Shown in pieces: positions 51,979 to 61,106 of a stretch of DNA of 64,000 nucleotides. The DNA comes from an uncultured cyanobacterium (GTDB taxonomy: Bacteria > Cyanobacteriota > Cyanobacteriia > Cyanobacteriales > Cyanobacteriaceae), in the NCBI GenBank assembly GCA_963710605.1, contig CAVQBA010000004.1, positions 576,001 through 640,000 on the forward strand. The letters run 5' to 3'. Numbering within the stretch: position 1 is the stretch's first letter; every line of letters begins with the position of its first letter. Below the pieces are notes generated by a model. The model worked only from the letters and a program-made list of their open reading frames with translations. It had not been told where the DNA came from and made no database searches. The position numbers were made by a program, and so were the translations under genes.

Positions 51979-53970
51979 TTATGGTTCTACTTCTTCTTCT
52001 TGATCTTCTTCTACAACAGCTTCATTAAATATGCCCATTAACACAGCTAAATTTTGCAGAATGGCCATATTTTGCTTTGTTAAATTTGGTGCGTCGGTTT
52101 GTAATTTCGGCAAAAGCATATCAGCTTCAATCTCTTCTCCGCCCAATCCTTCTTCTCCCGTTCCAACTTTCAAAACTTGATTGGTTAGCGGTAAACCTGT
52201 AGCTTTTAAATTTTGCAAAACAGCATTATAAATCTGCAAATTTAAATTTTTACTCTCAAAAATTGCACCTGAGATTGCCGATAACATATATGCTACCTCT
52301 GCTAATAGCCCGCCCATGCCTTCTATTTTACAAAACTGACTACCATCAGCACTAGGGAGAAAACTAGAACCCATTTCCTGCCAGTTCAACCCTTTATCTA
52401 AATCTTCCAAATAACTTTCGAAAACCTGTAAGAAGTTTTCGCATAAAATGAGATCGCCTTGCGTATAAACAATATTTTCGATATTCTCTTCGTTAGGATT
52501 GGCGATTTTATTCGATCGTTGTTGGTAAACTATTCCTGTCCTTTCTTCACTAGATAATCCTCCCAATTGCCCAGTTGTACCGCCACCTTTATTGTCTGCG
52601 AATTGTCCCCTAGCCCATCCATCGGGGATTGTAGCGGTTAGTTGCCCGTTTGATTCAGTTAGAGGAATTGAGTATCGTTGCCTAGTCGCAACAATTGATC
52701 CATCTAAGTTGAAGGCTACCCCATAAGCTTTACATAGAGTATCTAATCGCCTAGCAATATTCATGTATGCTTCATTTGCTTGATTATCATATGCAAATTC
52801 ACCCGCCCCTAAACAGGCGTGTATTTCGTCTATCTTTTGCAAAAAACTCATTTTATAAATTCCTTCTAATATAAAATCTTTTAATTTAAAGTGGTCTTCG
52901 AAAAAATCTTTTATTGCTTCTCTAATTTCTTGAGTTTTTCCTCTTTGAAGCCAATACCCTTTTATACTCCCTCCTACTGAAGAAAACTCACTGTAAACAT
53001 CGTCTAAAACAGATGAAAAGGTAGGAGATAAAAATACATCTCGAAAACTAAGAGAGACTAATGGTGTCCCTAAAAAAATATTTTGTCCGCTTTTTTTTTC
53101 GTGCAACATTCCAAAAACAGAAAACCCTTCATAAAAAGGTTCTTGTGTAAAAGAAAGTGTTGGAACATTATTTTTTAAGTTAGAAATATTTCGATAATCC
53201 AATGCTGGCGGCAAAATTAAAGAATCTAATGCCTCTTGATTGTTAGATGTAGCTTTCAAAGAATTAAAGCACCCGCCATTAACAATAACATCGCTACCGC
53301 TATTTCTATTGGAAAAAATATTTTGTAAGTCAAGCAAAGAAAAAGTTTGCTCAAATGATTTTGTCACAAGAGAAAATTGTTTAATCTTGTAATAATCATT
53401 TTCAAAATTACTAGGCAACACATTAGACAATTTTGAATAATTTCCCAATTCTTTTAGTATTGCTAAATCAGGTATATCAGGATTGCTCAATAATTCTGAA
53501 GGGATACCAAGTTGATTTTCTAATTTTTGGATATTAAAGGTGTCATTTCTTTCGATCGCACGTAGAAACCGATTGATATCTCCCAAAAAAGACATAAAAT
53601 CCCTGAAAAAGCTTAGCTCATTAGAATAATAAGAAAAATTTATGATAACTGAGTTTTCTGTGGCGGGCAAGACAATTTTGTCGTCTCCATGGTCAGAAAA
53701 ATCAGATAAATAAGTCCCTTCGAAATCGTACCTGTATTGTGGTGTTAGATTTTGAACTATTTTTTCATTTGCAAATAATTCAAGCCAAACTGACTTGACA
53801 TTATCTAAATAATCGATCGCATAATCAATATTTAAATTTTGCTCAAAGATATAAGCTGATTGTTGCAGTCTTGAAGTAATAGCATATTCGAACCAAAGCA
53901 ATTCACTCTCTAAGTTTTCATCAAAAAACCATAATAATTCTTTTCCGTTTGGAACTTCAGATAATCTCAT
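51979..53970 (-). CDS. Large hypothetical element protein
   Basis: 663 aa, ATGA overlap with the sulfotransferase; no Walker motif seen. Confidence 0.75.
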   Translation of the reverse strand: MRLSEVPNGKELLWFFDENLESELLWFEYAITSRLQQSAYIFEQNLNIDYAIDYLDNVKSVWLELFANEKIVQNLTPQYRYDFEGTYLSDFSDHGDDKIVLPATENSVIINFSYYSNELSFFRDFMSFLGDINRFLRAIERNDTFNIQKLENQLGIPSELLSNPDIPDLAILKELGNYSKLSNVLPSNFENDYYKIKQFSLVTKSFEQTFSLLDLQNIFSNRNSGSDVIVNGGCFNSLKATSNNQEALDSLILPPALDYRNISNLKNNVPTLSFTQEPFYEGFSVFGMLHEKKSGQNIFLGTPLVSLSFRDVFLSPTFSSVLDDVYSEFSSVGGSIKGYWLQRGKTQEIREAIKDFFEDHFKLKDFILEGIYKMSFLQKIDEIHACLGAGEFAYDNQANEAYMNIARRLDTLCKAYGVAFNLDGSIVATRQRYSIPLTESNGQLTATIPDGWARGQFADNKGGGTTGQLGGLSSEERTGIVYQQRSNKIANPNEENIENIVYTQGDLILCENFLQVFESYLEDLDKGLNWQEMGSSFLPSADGSQFCKIEGMGGLLAEVAYMLSAISGAIFESKNLNLQIYNAVLQNLKATGLPLTNQVLKVGTGEEGLGGEEIEADMLLPKLQTDAPNLTKQNMAILQNLAVLMGIFNEAVVEEDQEEEVEP

Positions 53971-54440
53971 TTTAAATGTGGGTAATCAATTTTTATAATA
54001 GGTTCATCAAGATAGTTGCACAATTTTTCTATTTTGTTTTCATCTTCGATATTTAAAATTAAATGTTCAAGAGATTGAATTTTATTCTCTATCCTCGCTT
54101 TCGTTTGAATCAAATCTTTTCTCGATGGCAGAATATTCCCATATACCTCTTTCCTTAAATAATTTAAGTAAGCATCATTCGTCGGTTTAAGGTAATTCAA
54201 ACAAGAAGTTACCCATGTGTTCAAGTCACGAGTTGTGTAAATGAATTTTGCCTCTGGATATAGCTTAATTATTTCTCCCAAAAAACATATACATGAAATG
54301 TCAGTCGCTGAATTGAGTTGACAAATGTCTTTCATTTTTGGCAAAAACTTGGGTTTGTAACCTAATACTTTTAAAATCTTAAATAACGATTTATTTCCCG
54401 TACGGCTTAAGCCAATTCCAAAAACTTTTGGTTTACCCAT
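53967..54440 (-). CDS. Sulfotransferase family protein
   Basis: KVFGIGLSRTGNKS (5'-PSB loop), YPEAKFIYTTRD...WVTS (3'-PB), KLCNYL. Confidence 0.85.
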   Translation of the reverse strand: MGKPKVFGIGLSRTGNKSLFKILKVLGYKPKFLPKMKDICQLNSATDISCICFLGEIIKLYPEAKFIYTTRDLNTWVTSCLNYLKPTNDAYLNYLRKEVYGNILPSRKDLIQTKARIENKIQSLEHLILNIEDENKIEKLCNYLDEPIIKIDYPHLK

Positions 54441-55084
54441 CTTTTTACCTTGTTTGCATTTTCTTTTTGTTCACCTCTAAGGTTAGTTGACATCCTAACT
54501 TGATGTACTCGATAGTAATACAGTGGTCTGTTAATCTTAATAGGTTGCACCTCCCAGCACATACGAGCGGTTAATTCAAAATCTATGGCTGAGTTCAGAT
54601 TTTCGTTTATTCCCCCTACTAATTTATATAAATCGAGAGAGAATAACCTAAAGTGAAACGGTAAAAATAATCGATTTAGTTTTGTAAAATCATATTCAAT
54701 ATTATTTATGTCAGGAAAAAATAATTTTTTATTCTTCACTAAATAATATTGCGTATAACACAGAGTTGAGTTTGTCTTTTTACAGATTTCTAAACATTGA
54801 GAATCTAACCAATCATCATCGTCAACCCAGCCGACTAAATCAGTCTTGACTTCTAGGTGGCATTTAATTAGAGCTTTTGCCCTTCCAATTGCAACACCCC
54901 CAATGATTTTAGATTGTGGTACAAGCTTTTTGATTAAATCGATCGATTTTTGGTATTTAGATAAATCATCATCAATGTAAACTATCCATTGCTCAGGTTG
55001 TAAAGTTTGTTTTGAAATAGACAAAGCAGTTTCAAGTAACATCTTTGGTCTATTTTTAGACGTGGTAATCAACGTAATACTCAT
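54407..55084 (-). CDS. GT2 (GT-A) glycosyltransferase
   Basis: SISKQT, YIDD, WVDDDD (DxD), VGGINE, DFEL, LYYYRVH. Confidence 0.88.
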   Translation of the reverse strand: MSITLITTSKNRPKMLLETALSISKQTLQPEQWIVYIDDDLSKYQKSIDLIKKLVPQSKIIGGVAIGRAKALIKCHLEVKTDLVGWVDDDDWLDSQCLEICKKTNSTLCYTQYYLVKNKKLFFPDINNIEYDFTKLNRLFLPFHFRLFSLDLYKLVGGINENLNSAIDFELTARMCWEVQPIKINRPLYYYRVHQVRMSTNLRGEQKENANKVKRWVNQKFLELA

Positions 55085-55087
55085 GAT

Positions 55088-55793
55088 TTATGCACCAGAG
55101 CCACCACCAGAACCGCCACCAGAGCCACCACCAGAACCGCCACCAGAGCCACCACCAGAACCGCCACCAGAACCGCCACCAGAACCGCCACCAGAACCAC
55201 CACCAAAACCACCACTTATATCATTTGCTCCTTGTATCACATGGATACTTAATAAGGAATTACCAACTATAGAGTTATCAAAATTAGAATAGGTAAAATT
55301 AATAACAAAACTACCTGATAAATCTGAAAGAGGATCAATTGTGGTCAATCCGTTTCTTGCTAAATTTGATATTCCATATTCTGTTATTTGATTAGTATCT
55401 GGTGCATAATTGTTCGCTCCAATTTGATAATCATTAATCTCGATCGTATTATCGTTATAAAAATTTTTGACACTAGTGAGAACATTTACGTTACTGGGGC
55501 TAATTATTAAATTGCCAAAGTCATCATAAGCAAAATTTAAGGCTTGGGCAAAAGTGAAAGAATTGAAAATAGTATCGATCGATAATTGGTTATTACCGAT
55601 CGATATTTGATTAGCGTCTATACCGTTTTGTAAATTTTGTAAAGATGTTATTATCGGTTGCAGTTCTGCGATTAAAGAGTTGAATTTTGCAATGACGAAG
55701 CTACCATTTGGGTGATTAGCTTGCGCCTGACTGCTAGTAGGTGTATTATTTCTACCATCAATCGTGGGGATTAAGTGATTCTGTTAATGCCAT
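55088..55793 (-). CDS. Frameshifted ~234-aa protein with C-terminal (GGGS)9 tail
   Basis: ATG at 55793 directly follows the upstream TAA; frame 0 stops after 11 codons, and the +1 frame is open for 229 codons to 55088. Confidence 0.7.
55097..55204 (-). repeat. 12-bp coding tandem repeat x9 encoding GGGS
   Basis: GGTGG(T/C)GG(T/C)TCT units. Confidence 0.95.
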
Positions 55794-56423
55794 TTAATTT
55801 CCTACTAAAAAGTTGTTTCCAAATAATATAGAGTCACCTACTAGGGATAAAGGTTCAGTCGTTGTCGGTTGAGCTTTTACTCCTACGCTCTCAACAAGAT
55901 TATCAAATAACAAGAAATGCTCTAAATCAAAGTCGATTATTGCTGTTACCGTTAATGCTTTTTCAGCATTTGTACCATTGAAAACGGGCAAAGACGATAT
56001 TCTCGGTAAATTCTCTTCAATATTGTTTGCCAGTAAATTTTGACAATTCCAATAGAAATACTTCTCTAATGAATCAATTTTAGATTCATCTTCTAACACC
56101 ATCAAGCCTTCGTCGCTACTAACCAAATTTTTACCTAAATAGGTAATCGCTTGATTTGATTTTTCTAAAATACTCTCTAAAATATTACCGCCTAAATTAA
56201 GAGCTTTAGAGCCGTAATACACGGAACAACTTAAGACAACTTGACTAATCAATTCTCCTTGTCTCAAGCTACTTTTGATAGCTATTTGAAAAGCATCTTT
56301 TAAGCTTCGTTCTTCTTCCTGTAAATAAGCAGACCGAAGCAACAAAGCACTCCAGACGATCGCCCTCTCTACAATATCAATACCGATCGTATCCCTAATA
56401 CTTTTGCTTGGCAAACTAACCAT
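55794..56423 (-). CDS. Hypothetical element protein with internal duplication
   Basis: IDIVERAIVWSALLL versus IDSLEKYFYWNCQNLL; likely ATG at 56423. Confidence 0.65.
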   Translation of the reverse strand: MVSLPSKSIRDTIGIDIVERAIVWSALLLRSAYLQEEERSLKDAFQIAIKSSLRQGELISQVVLSCSVYYGSKALNLGGNILESILEKSNQAITYLGKNLVSSDEGLMVLEDESKIDSLEKYFYWNCQNLLANNIEENLPRISSLPVFNGTNAEKALTVTAIIDFDLEHFLLFDNLVESVGVKAQPTTTEPLSLVGDSILFGNNFLVGN

Positions 56424-56478
56424 TATTCTGCTACTAATCGTATAATGACAATTATAATGCAAGTATCGATAATTGATT

Positions 56479-56613
56479 ATGCAAAAATCGAATACCTTAA
56501 AACGAATAAGACGATATTTAAAACTAGCTTATGATTCTCTTCAAAAAATAGAGATTAAAGATAAGCAGTTGATCCTTTCAATAATTAAAGATTTAGTTGA
56601 GAAAATAAAATGA
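56479..56613 (+). CDS. 44-aa basic helical peptide (below ORF-track cutoff)
   Basis: MQKSNTLKRIRRYLKL...; ATGA overlap with the peptidase start. Confidence 0.45.
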   Translation: MQKSNTLKRIRRYLKLAYDSLQKIEIKDKQLILSIIKDLVEKIK

Positions 56614-57203
56614 GTACTTTAGAGGCGATTAACCGCCAATACGAAAGATTAAGAAAATACGATCGAGAGAATTTATCCCCTGAAGCCCTCATCGAAAAGG
56701 TACACGCCACAAAATGCAATTATTTCTCTCAAAGAGACAATTACAAGCAGCCACACCGTACCTGTAATAGCAGTAGTAATGCGATGTACCTTGATTGGCT
56801 ACTGAGAGTTTGCCAGATAAACGACGGCTTAGGGGGCGACGACGGGTACTTAAAAAAGGTTTTTTCTTTGGGTGATACAATCTATCATGGTGTCCAAACT
56901 CAAGTAATTAAGGATTACGGTATTTCTACGAAGTGGATGACCGATCGAGATGAACCTTTTATTTTGGAATTACTAAAAAAAGGATTTGTTGTCCCTTGCA
57001 ATATTTTACACAGAGGGAAATTGAATAATCCGAGAGGCGGTCATGTTATTTGTTTGGTTGGAATTTTCGGTAAAGAATTAGTAGCCCATGATCCATACGG
57101 GAGTCTGTGGAGTGGATACAAATATCATGATGGAAGTTACAGCAAAATTCACCAAAACATTTTCTTTACTCGTTGGCAAGGAGGCTATAGAATATTAGCT
57201 TAA
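56610..57203 (+). CDS. C39-like papain-fold peptidase (endolysin candidate)
   Basis: YFSQRDN...RTCNSSSNAM (Cys), GGHVI (His), AHDPYG (Asp). Confidence 0.8.
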   Translation: MSTLEAINRQYERLRKYDRENLSPEALIEKVHATKCNYFSQRDNYKQPHRTCNSSSNAMYLDWLLRVCQINDGLGGDDGYLKKVFSLGDTIYHGVQTQVIKDYGISTKWMTDRDEPFILELLKKGFVVPCNILHRGKLNNPRGGHVICLVGIFGKELVAHDPYGSLWSGYKYHDGSYSKIHQNIFFTRWQGGYRILA

Positions 57204-57206
57204 TAT

Positions 57207-57293
57207 ATGATTTTATTTATTTTAGGGTTTATATCAGGAGTCTATACCCTTCTTTTTTTTATTTTATTAGCAGGAGGGTTTAGAGACAGATGA
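57207..57293 (+). CDS. 28-aa single-TM peptide
   Basis: MILFILGFISGVYTLLFFILLAGGFRDR, 3 nt after the peptidase stop. Confidence 0.4.
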   Translation: MILFILGFISGVYTLLFFILLAGGFRDR

Positions 57294-57384
57294 TGGGTGA
57301 TAAAAAATCTAATCTTCAAGTTAGTATAAATAAAGTGGTTGTGGTTACACTGGCGGTAGTTTTTGCCTTACAAAAGATTCTTGC

Positions 57385-58038
57385 TTAAGATTTAAGTCGA
57401 TCGTACATCAAGGCATTTTGAATGATAAAAGCGTTCCCCAGTAAGACCGCAACAAAGGTTGTTAAATAGGTTAAAATTCCAAAGTATTCACTGATAAAAA
57501 TCATAAATATAAAAGGGAATAAAGTTATTAATATCATCAACAAAAACGATCTATATATCAACCAGAAATTGCCTTTTGTCATATTCCATGAATTTTCTAT
57601 GGACTGAGAAATATTGTAGTTATCAATAGCGATCGCTGTACTCATAAAATATAACTTAGGGAAAAAATACAATCCAGGAATAATTAAAAAAATAGTTCCA
57701 AAGACAAGAATAATTGTTGCAATTAAATTTCCCCAGAGTAAATTCCAAAATTTTTGAAAGCTCAAGCTAATAGACTTTAAGATTGTGATTTTTCTTCCTT
57801 GGTTGAAGCGAGAATGGAAAATATAAATTACCGAATAAAACAAGGGATAGGCTACTAAACCATTGAAAATATATAGAGTATTGAAAACAGCCCCTGACTC
57901 ATCAAGCATTAAAAAGAAAGTCAAGTATAAAGCAAAAATCGACGAGAATAAAGATATTTTTTTGTAAGTTTGACCGTAAAGATTAAACGTTTCCTTAGTA
58001 ATGTCGATCGCAGTAAATTTGTTAACCATGGTGGACAT
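57385..58038 (-). CDS. Polytopic membrane protein (accessory cargo)
   Basis: IFLIIPGLYF...SWNMTKGNFW pattern; ~5-6 TM segments. Confidence 0.7.
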   Translation of the reverse strand: MSTMVNKFTAIDITKETFNLYGQTYKKISLFSSIFALYLTFFLMLDESGAVFNTLYIFNGLVAYPLFYSVIYIFHSRFNQGRKITILKSISLSFQKFWNLLWGNLIATIILVFGTIFLIIPGLYFFPKLYFMSTAIAIDNYNISQSIENSWNMTKGNFWLIYRSFLLMILITLFPFIFMIFISEYFGILTYLTTFVAVLLGNAFIIQNALMYDRLKS

Positions 58039-58101
58039 ATAATTATTTTTGTCAATAATTATATGTCATACTACTCGACCTAAAATATTTTTCTATTTAC
58101 C

Positions 58102-58428
58102 TCACTTACCATGTAATACATAGTCAATAAAATTAGCGAACGCCTTTTCACAGTCTTTGTAATACTTAGATTGAGTACCGTAGGGCAAAGACTTCAGTGC
58201 TTTAGATTGATACTCAACTAAGGTGCTTTTGTCGATCGCATTTGGCTTCATCTCTAATAGCTTATCCTCATGTATTTGCTCAATTAAGTCAGCGATTGAT
58301 TGATTATTTTCTTTAGCTTTGTCTTTGAGATAATCGTAAGTTGAATCTGTTAGCCTAATACTCCTTATTTTACGTGCTTCGGCAGATTTCTTGATGAATC
58401 TACCTAATTGGTCTTTTTTCATTAGCAT
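58102..58428 (-). CDS. Ribbon-helix-helix (CopG-like) regulator
   Basis: KIRSIRLTDSTYDYLKDKAKENNQSIADLIE. Confidence 0.65.
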   Translation of the reverse strand: MLMKKDQLGRFIKKSAEARKIRSIRLTDSTYDYLKDKAKENNQSIADLIEQIHEDKLLEMKPNAIDKSTLVEYQSKALKSLPYGTQSKYYKDCEKAFANFIDYVLHGK

Positions 58429-58506
58429 TTTACCTTGTAATACATAGTCTTAGTATAAGAAAAAACGATCGCCCACCAACAGCGGTAAGCGATCGTCTTT
58501 GTTCAT

Positions 58507-58734
58507 TTAGCTTCCTTTTGCTAATAAAATTTTTGCCCGTTGGTAAACATCGTCTAAGTTTTCTTCAATCCAATCTTGCTTGAAGCAAAGAGGCGAATTA
58601 CTGCTATCGAACCAGAAAATTATTTGTTGTAATTTTTTCGAGTAGTTGATCGAAGTAACGGTTTTAATATTGATTAAGTTCCTGTCTAGTTTTCCGATTG
58701 GCGATTTTCCAGTTTTAAATGTTATTTCAATCAT
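58507..58734 (-). CDS. Hypothetical small protein
   Basis: 75-aa ORF between hairpins. Confidence 0.5.
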   Translation of the reverse strand: MIEITFKTGKSPIGKLDRNLINIKTVTSINYSKKLQQIIFWFDSSNSPLCFKQDWIEENLDDVYQRAKILLAKGS

Positions 58735-58812
58735 ATTATTAGTTAAACAAGCCGTGTATTACATGGCTTGTTTATAGTGTTTACACTTTGAGTAATTTTG
58801 TAGGCTATTTGA

Positions 58813-59055
58813 CTAGATTGGCTCTTCTATCATTGTGCGTATAAACCAATCACTTTCTTCAATCAGCTCTAATTCGATCGCATGATAAAAGCTAAGAGCC
58901 TTTATTACTTCCTCATGGGTGACTTTAAAATAATGCCACGAACTATTGTCCAAATGACAAACCAAAATTGTTTTGCCTTTGAGAGAATTAAGTATTTTAT
59001 GTGGATGACCGCCTTTTAGAAGGTAGGTTGTTTTTTGCTCTGTTTTAGTAATCAT
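58813..59055 (-). CDS. Hypothetical small protein
   Basis: 80-aa ORF between hairpins. Confidence 0.5.
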   Translation of the reverse strand: MITKTEQKTTYLLKGGHPHKILNSLKGKTILVCHLDNSSWHYFKVTHEEVIKALSFYHAIELELIEESDWFIRTMIEEPI

Positions 59056-59132
59056 GTTATTATTTAGCTAGTTTATGCGTCGAACGTTTAAGCCCCTCAG
59101 TATTGTTGTTACTGAAGGGCTATTGGGTTTAG

Positions 59133-59426
59133 TTAGTTGATCTCAATCATCTGCATTAACTGCTGTTCGATCGGATCTAAATGGGGTTTAGTTTCAATGG
59201 TTTTATTTCCACCTTGAAATATAAGCCCCATTGCCTTTTGTGCCTGTTCGCCGCTGATACGCCCGCTTTTATACAAACGGTGAACTGCTTTAAGATACTC
59301 CTGATCCGAATACTTCATTGCCTGCTTCTCTTCATGTTCTCTCATGAGTTCATCGCAACGTAACAAAGCACCACAGATAGTAGGGAGCGACTCAAACAAT
59401 CCTTTAGCTAAATTAAGCTCATTCAT
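59133..59426 (-). CDS. Hypothetical small protein
   Basis: 97-aa ORF. Confidence 0.55.
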   Translation of the reverse strand: MNELNLAKGLFESLPTICGALLRCDELMREHEEKQAMKYSDQEYLKAVHRLYKSGRISGEQAQKAMGLIFQGGNKTIETKPHLDPIEQQLMQMIEIN

Positions 59427-59576
59427 AATATTAAATTTTCTAGGTACAGGTTTATAGGTTTACCTCAAGGCTTGAGTGTAGTTTTGGTCTTGGGGGTATT
59501 TCGCCCCCGCTCTTGCTGTTTTTTGAGGTATATGTTTATGATACCATTCTACTACCAAAAAAACAACTAATTAACA

Positions 59577-59846
59577 TTACTTATAAGTTACTAGTCCACT
59601 ATAAAGCATAGCTACATCTATATCCAAGCAATTGCAAATTGTTTTTATTAGTTGATAGCTAACTACTGAATGATTGCCCTGAAAAACTTGACGTAAGTAG
59701 CCATAATTAAGACTTTCATCCATTTGAGACAGTTGTTTCATGTTTATTTTTTTTGCCTTAAGAATAGCTCGTAAGTTTTCTAATATACTCTCATCAATAG
59801 AGACTCTTTCGATATATTTCTCTTCGATCATATTTGTTTTTTTCAT
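59577..59846 (-). CDS. XRE/Cro-C1 HTH repressor
   Basis: NLRAILKAKKINMKQLS...YLRQVFQG...IKTICNCLDI; divergent from the replication operon; ATG at 59846 preferred. Confidence 0.75.
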   Translation of the reverse strand: MKKTNMIEEKYIERVSIDESILENLRAILKAKKINMKQLSQMDESLNYGYLRQVFQGNHSVVSYQLIKTICNCLDIDVAMLYSGLVTYK

Positions 59847-59981
59847 TGTAAAAGATAGTGCTATACTATCACGTATAAAGTTTTTGTGACCAACAAAAGT
59901 TTTAATAAAGTAGGTGATTTTTACAATCACCTACACTGTAAAAATCAAAAAATCACTAAGTGATAGTTAAATGATACCAAA

Positions 59982-60272
59982 ATGGCAAACCTAAAAGAAT
60001 ACCTAGTAACAGTTGAAGTATCCACTACGTATCAAGTTCAATGCTTTGCTGAGTGCAAGAAAGACTTGAAACTATACGAAGACAACAAACATTTATTATC
60101 TGATGTAACACAGACGAGACTTAAGCAATTAGAGCAACCACGTATTTTCGCCGACTCTAATATCGAAGAAATCGACAGGTATATAACGATCGTTGACGTA
60201 GAAGACGTTGACACTTGGAGCAAAAAGCTCGATCGAGAAGCTTGTGAAGGCATGGGAGCTGATGAAGTATAA
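59982..60272 (+). CDS. Hypothetical early protein
   Basis: First gene of the rightward operon. Confidence 0.55.
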   Translation: MANLKEYLVTVEVSTTYQVQCFAECKKDLKLYEDNKHLLSDVTQTRLKQLEQPRIFADSNIEEIDRYITIVDVEDVDTWSKKLDREACEGMGADEV

Positions 60273-60298
60273 AAACAAATGCCATTTTAGGAAATCAG

Positions 60299-60655
60299 AT
60301 GAAAATTTTTAATTCTATCAAGAAAACGATTGACCAAATTATTACAAGCTGGACAGAACTACAAGAAACAATGGATACACCACCCAAAATAATCACCCAA
60401 GAGCAAAAATCAAACTACTCAGATTTTATCAACCGCAGACTTGATGACTTAGTAATCGCAACCGCATTCAAACATAACAGAACTCCCTTAGAGATCAAAC
60501 GATTCGCCTTTGAATTTATTTTTGCTGATTGGCTGGCGAAAACGATCGAGCTGGAAAGACAGAAAGGCTCAGAGCCTGACCTAGACAAATTATTTGTTGG
60601 TGGTATTGAGGAAATTTTGGAATCCAAAAAAAGAAGACAGGAACATGATGATTAA
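60299..60655 (+). CDS. Hypothetical early protein
   Basis: 118 aa, operonic. Confidence 0.55.
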   Translation: MKIFNSIKKTIDQIITSWTELQETMDTPPKIITQEQKSNYSDFINRRLDDLVIATAFKHNRTPLEIKRFAFEFIFADWLAKTIELERQKGSEPDLDKLFVGGIEEILESKKRRQEHDD

Positions 60656-61046
60656 CAATTCGCCTAAACCGACGAAAAAATTAAGCGATCGTGCTATCGC
60701 AATTTTAAAGCTGAATAATTACGGATGGCATCCAGACCTATCGATCTACTTTAATGGCATGGATTATAAAAGAGCCGTGAAACTGTGGCTAATTTTTCAG
60801 CGTGACATTAAAGATTTTAGCTATGCGGAGAATCTGGAAATCGATCGTAAAAAACTACATAAAGCTTTGTCTCAGCAATTGAACTGGTATTCAAGATTTA
60901 AAGCTCACCCTCAAGAATTTATTCACCAAATTAGAATCAATCAGAAGTCTAGATGGCGATTCGTGTACAAAGCGATCGCACCAGAACTAGAAGGGTTGTT
61001 CGCATCTCTTAGAGAAATTGAGCAATTAAGTTTATTTGAAAATTAA
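60645..61046 (+). CDS. Hypothetical early protein
   Basis: MMINNSP start overlapping the upstream stop. Confidence 0.55.
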   Translation: MMINNSPKPTKKLSDRAIAILKLNNYGWHPDLSIYFNGMDYKRAVKLWLIFQRDIKDFSYAENLEIDRKKLHKALSQQLNWYSRFKAHPQEFIHQIRINQKSRWRFVYKAIAPELEGLFASLREIEQLSLFEN

Positions 61047-61106
61047 CGCAAAAATAAAAGCCCCTGAGATGGGGCTTCGGATAATAAATTAAAGAGAGAA
61101 TTAACC

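Noticed and set aside
53967-54440. GLSRTGNKS as Walker A of a packaging ATPase
   Set aside because: Context matches the sulfotransferase PAPS-binding loop; no Walker B and the protein is short
55097-55204. Possible CRISPR array or other spacer-bearing repeat
   Set aside because: 12-bp units with no spacers; no repeat-spacer array or cas gene seen in the window
55062-55292. Poly-(PPPE) and HQ-repeat ORFs on the plus strand
   Set aside because: Shadow frames of the GGGS coding repeat on the minus strand
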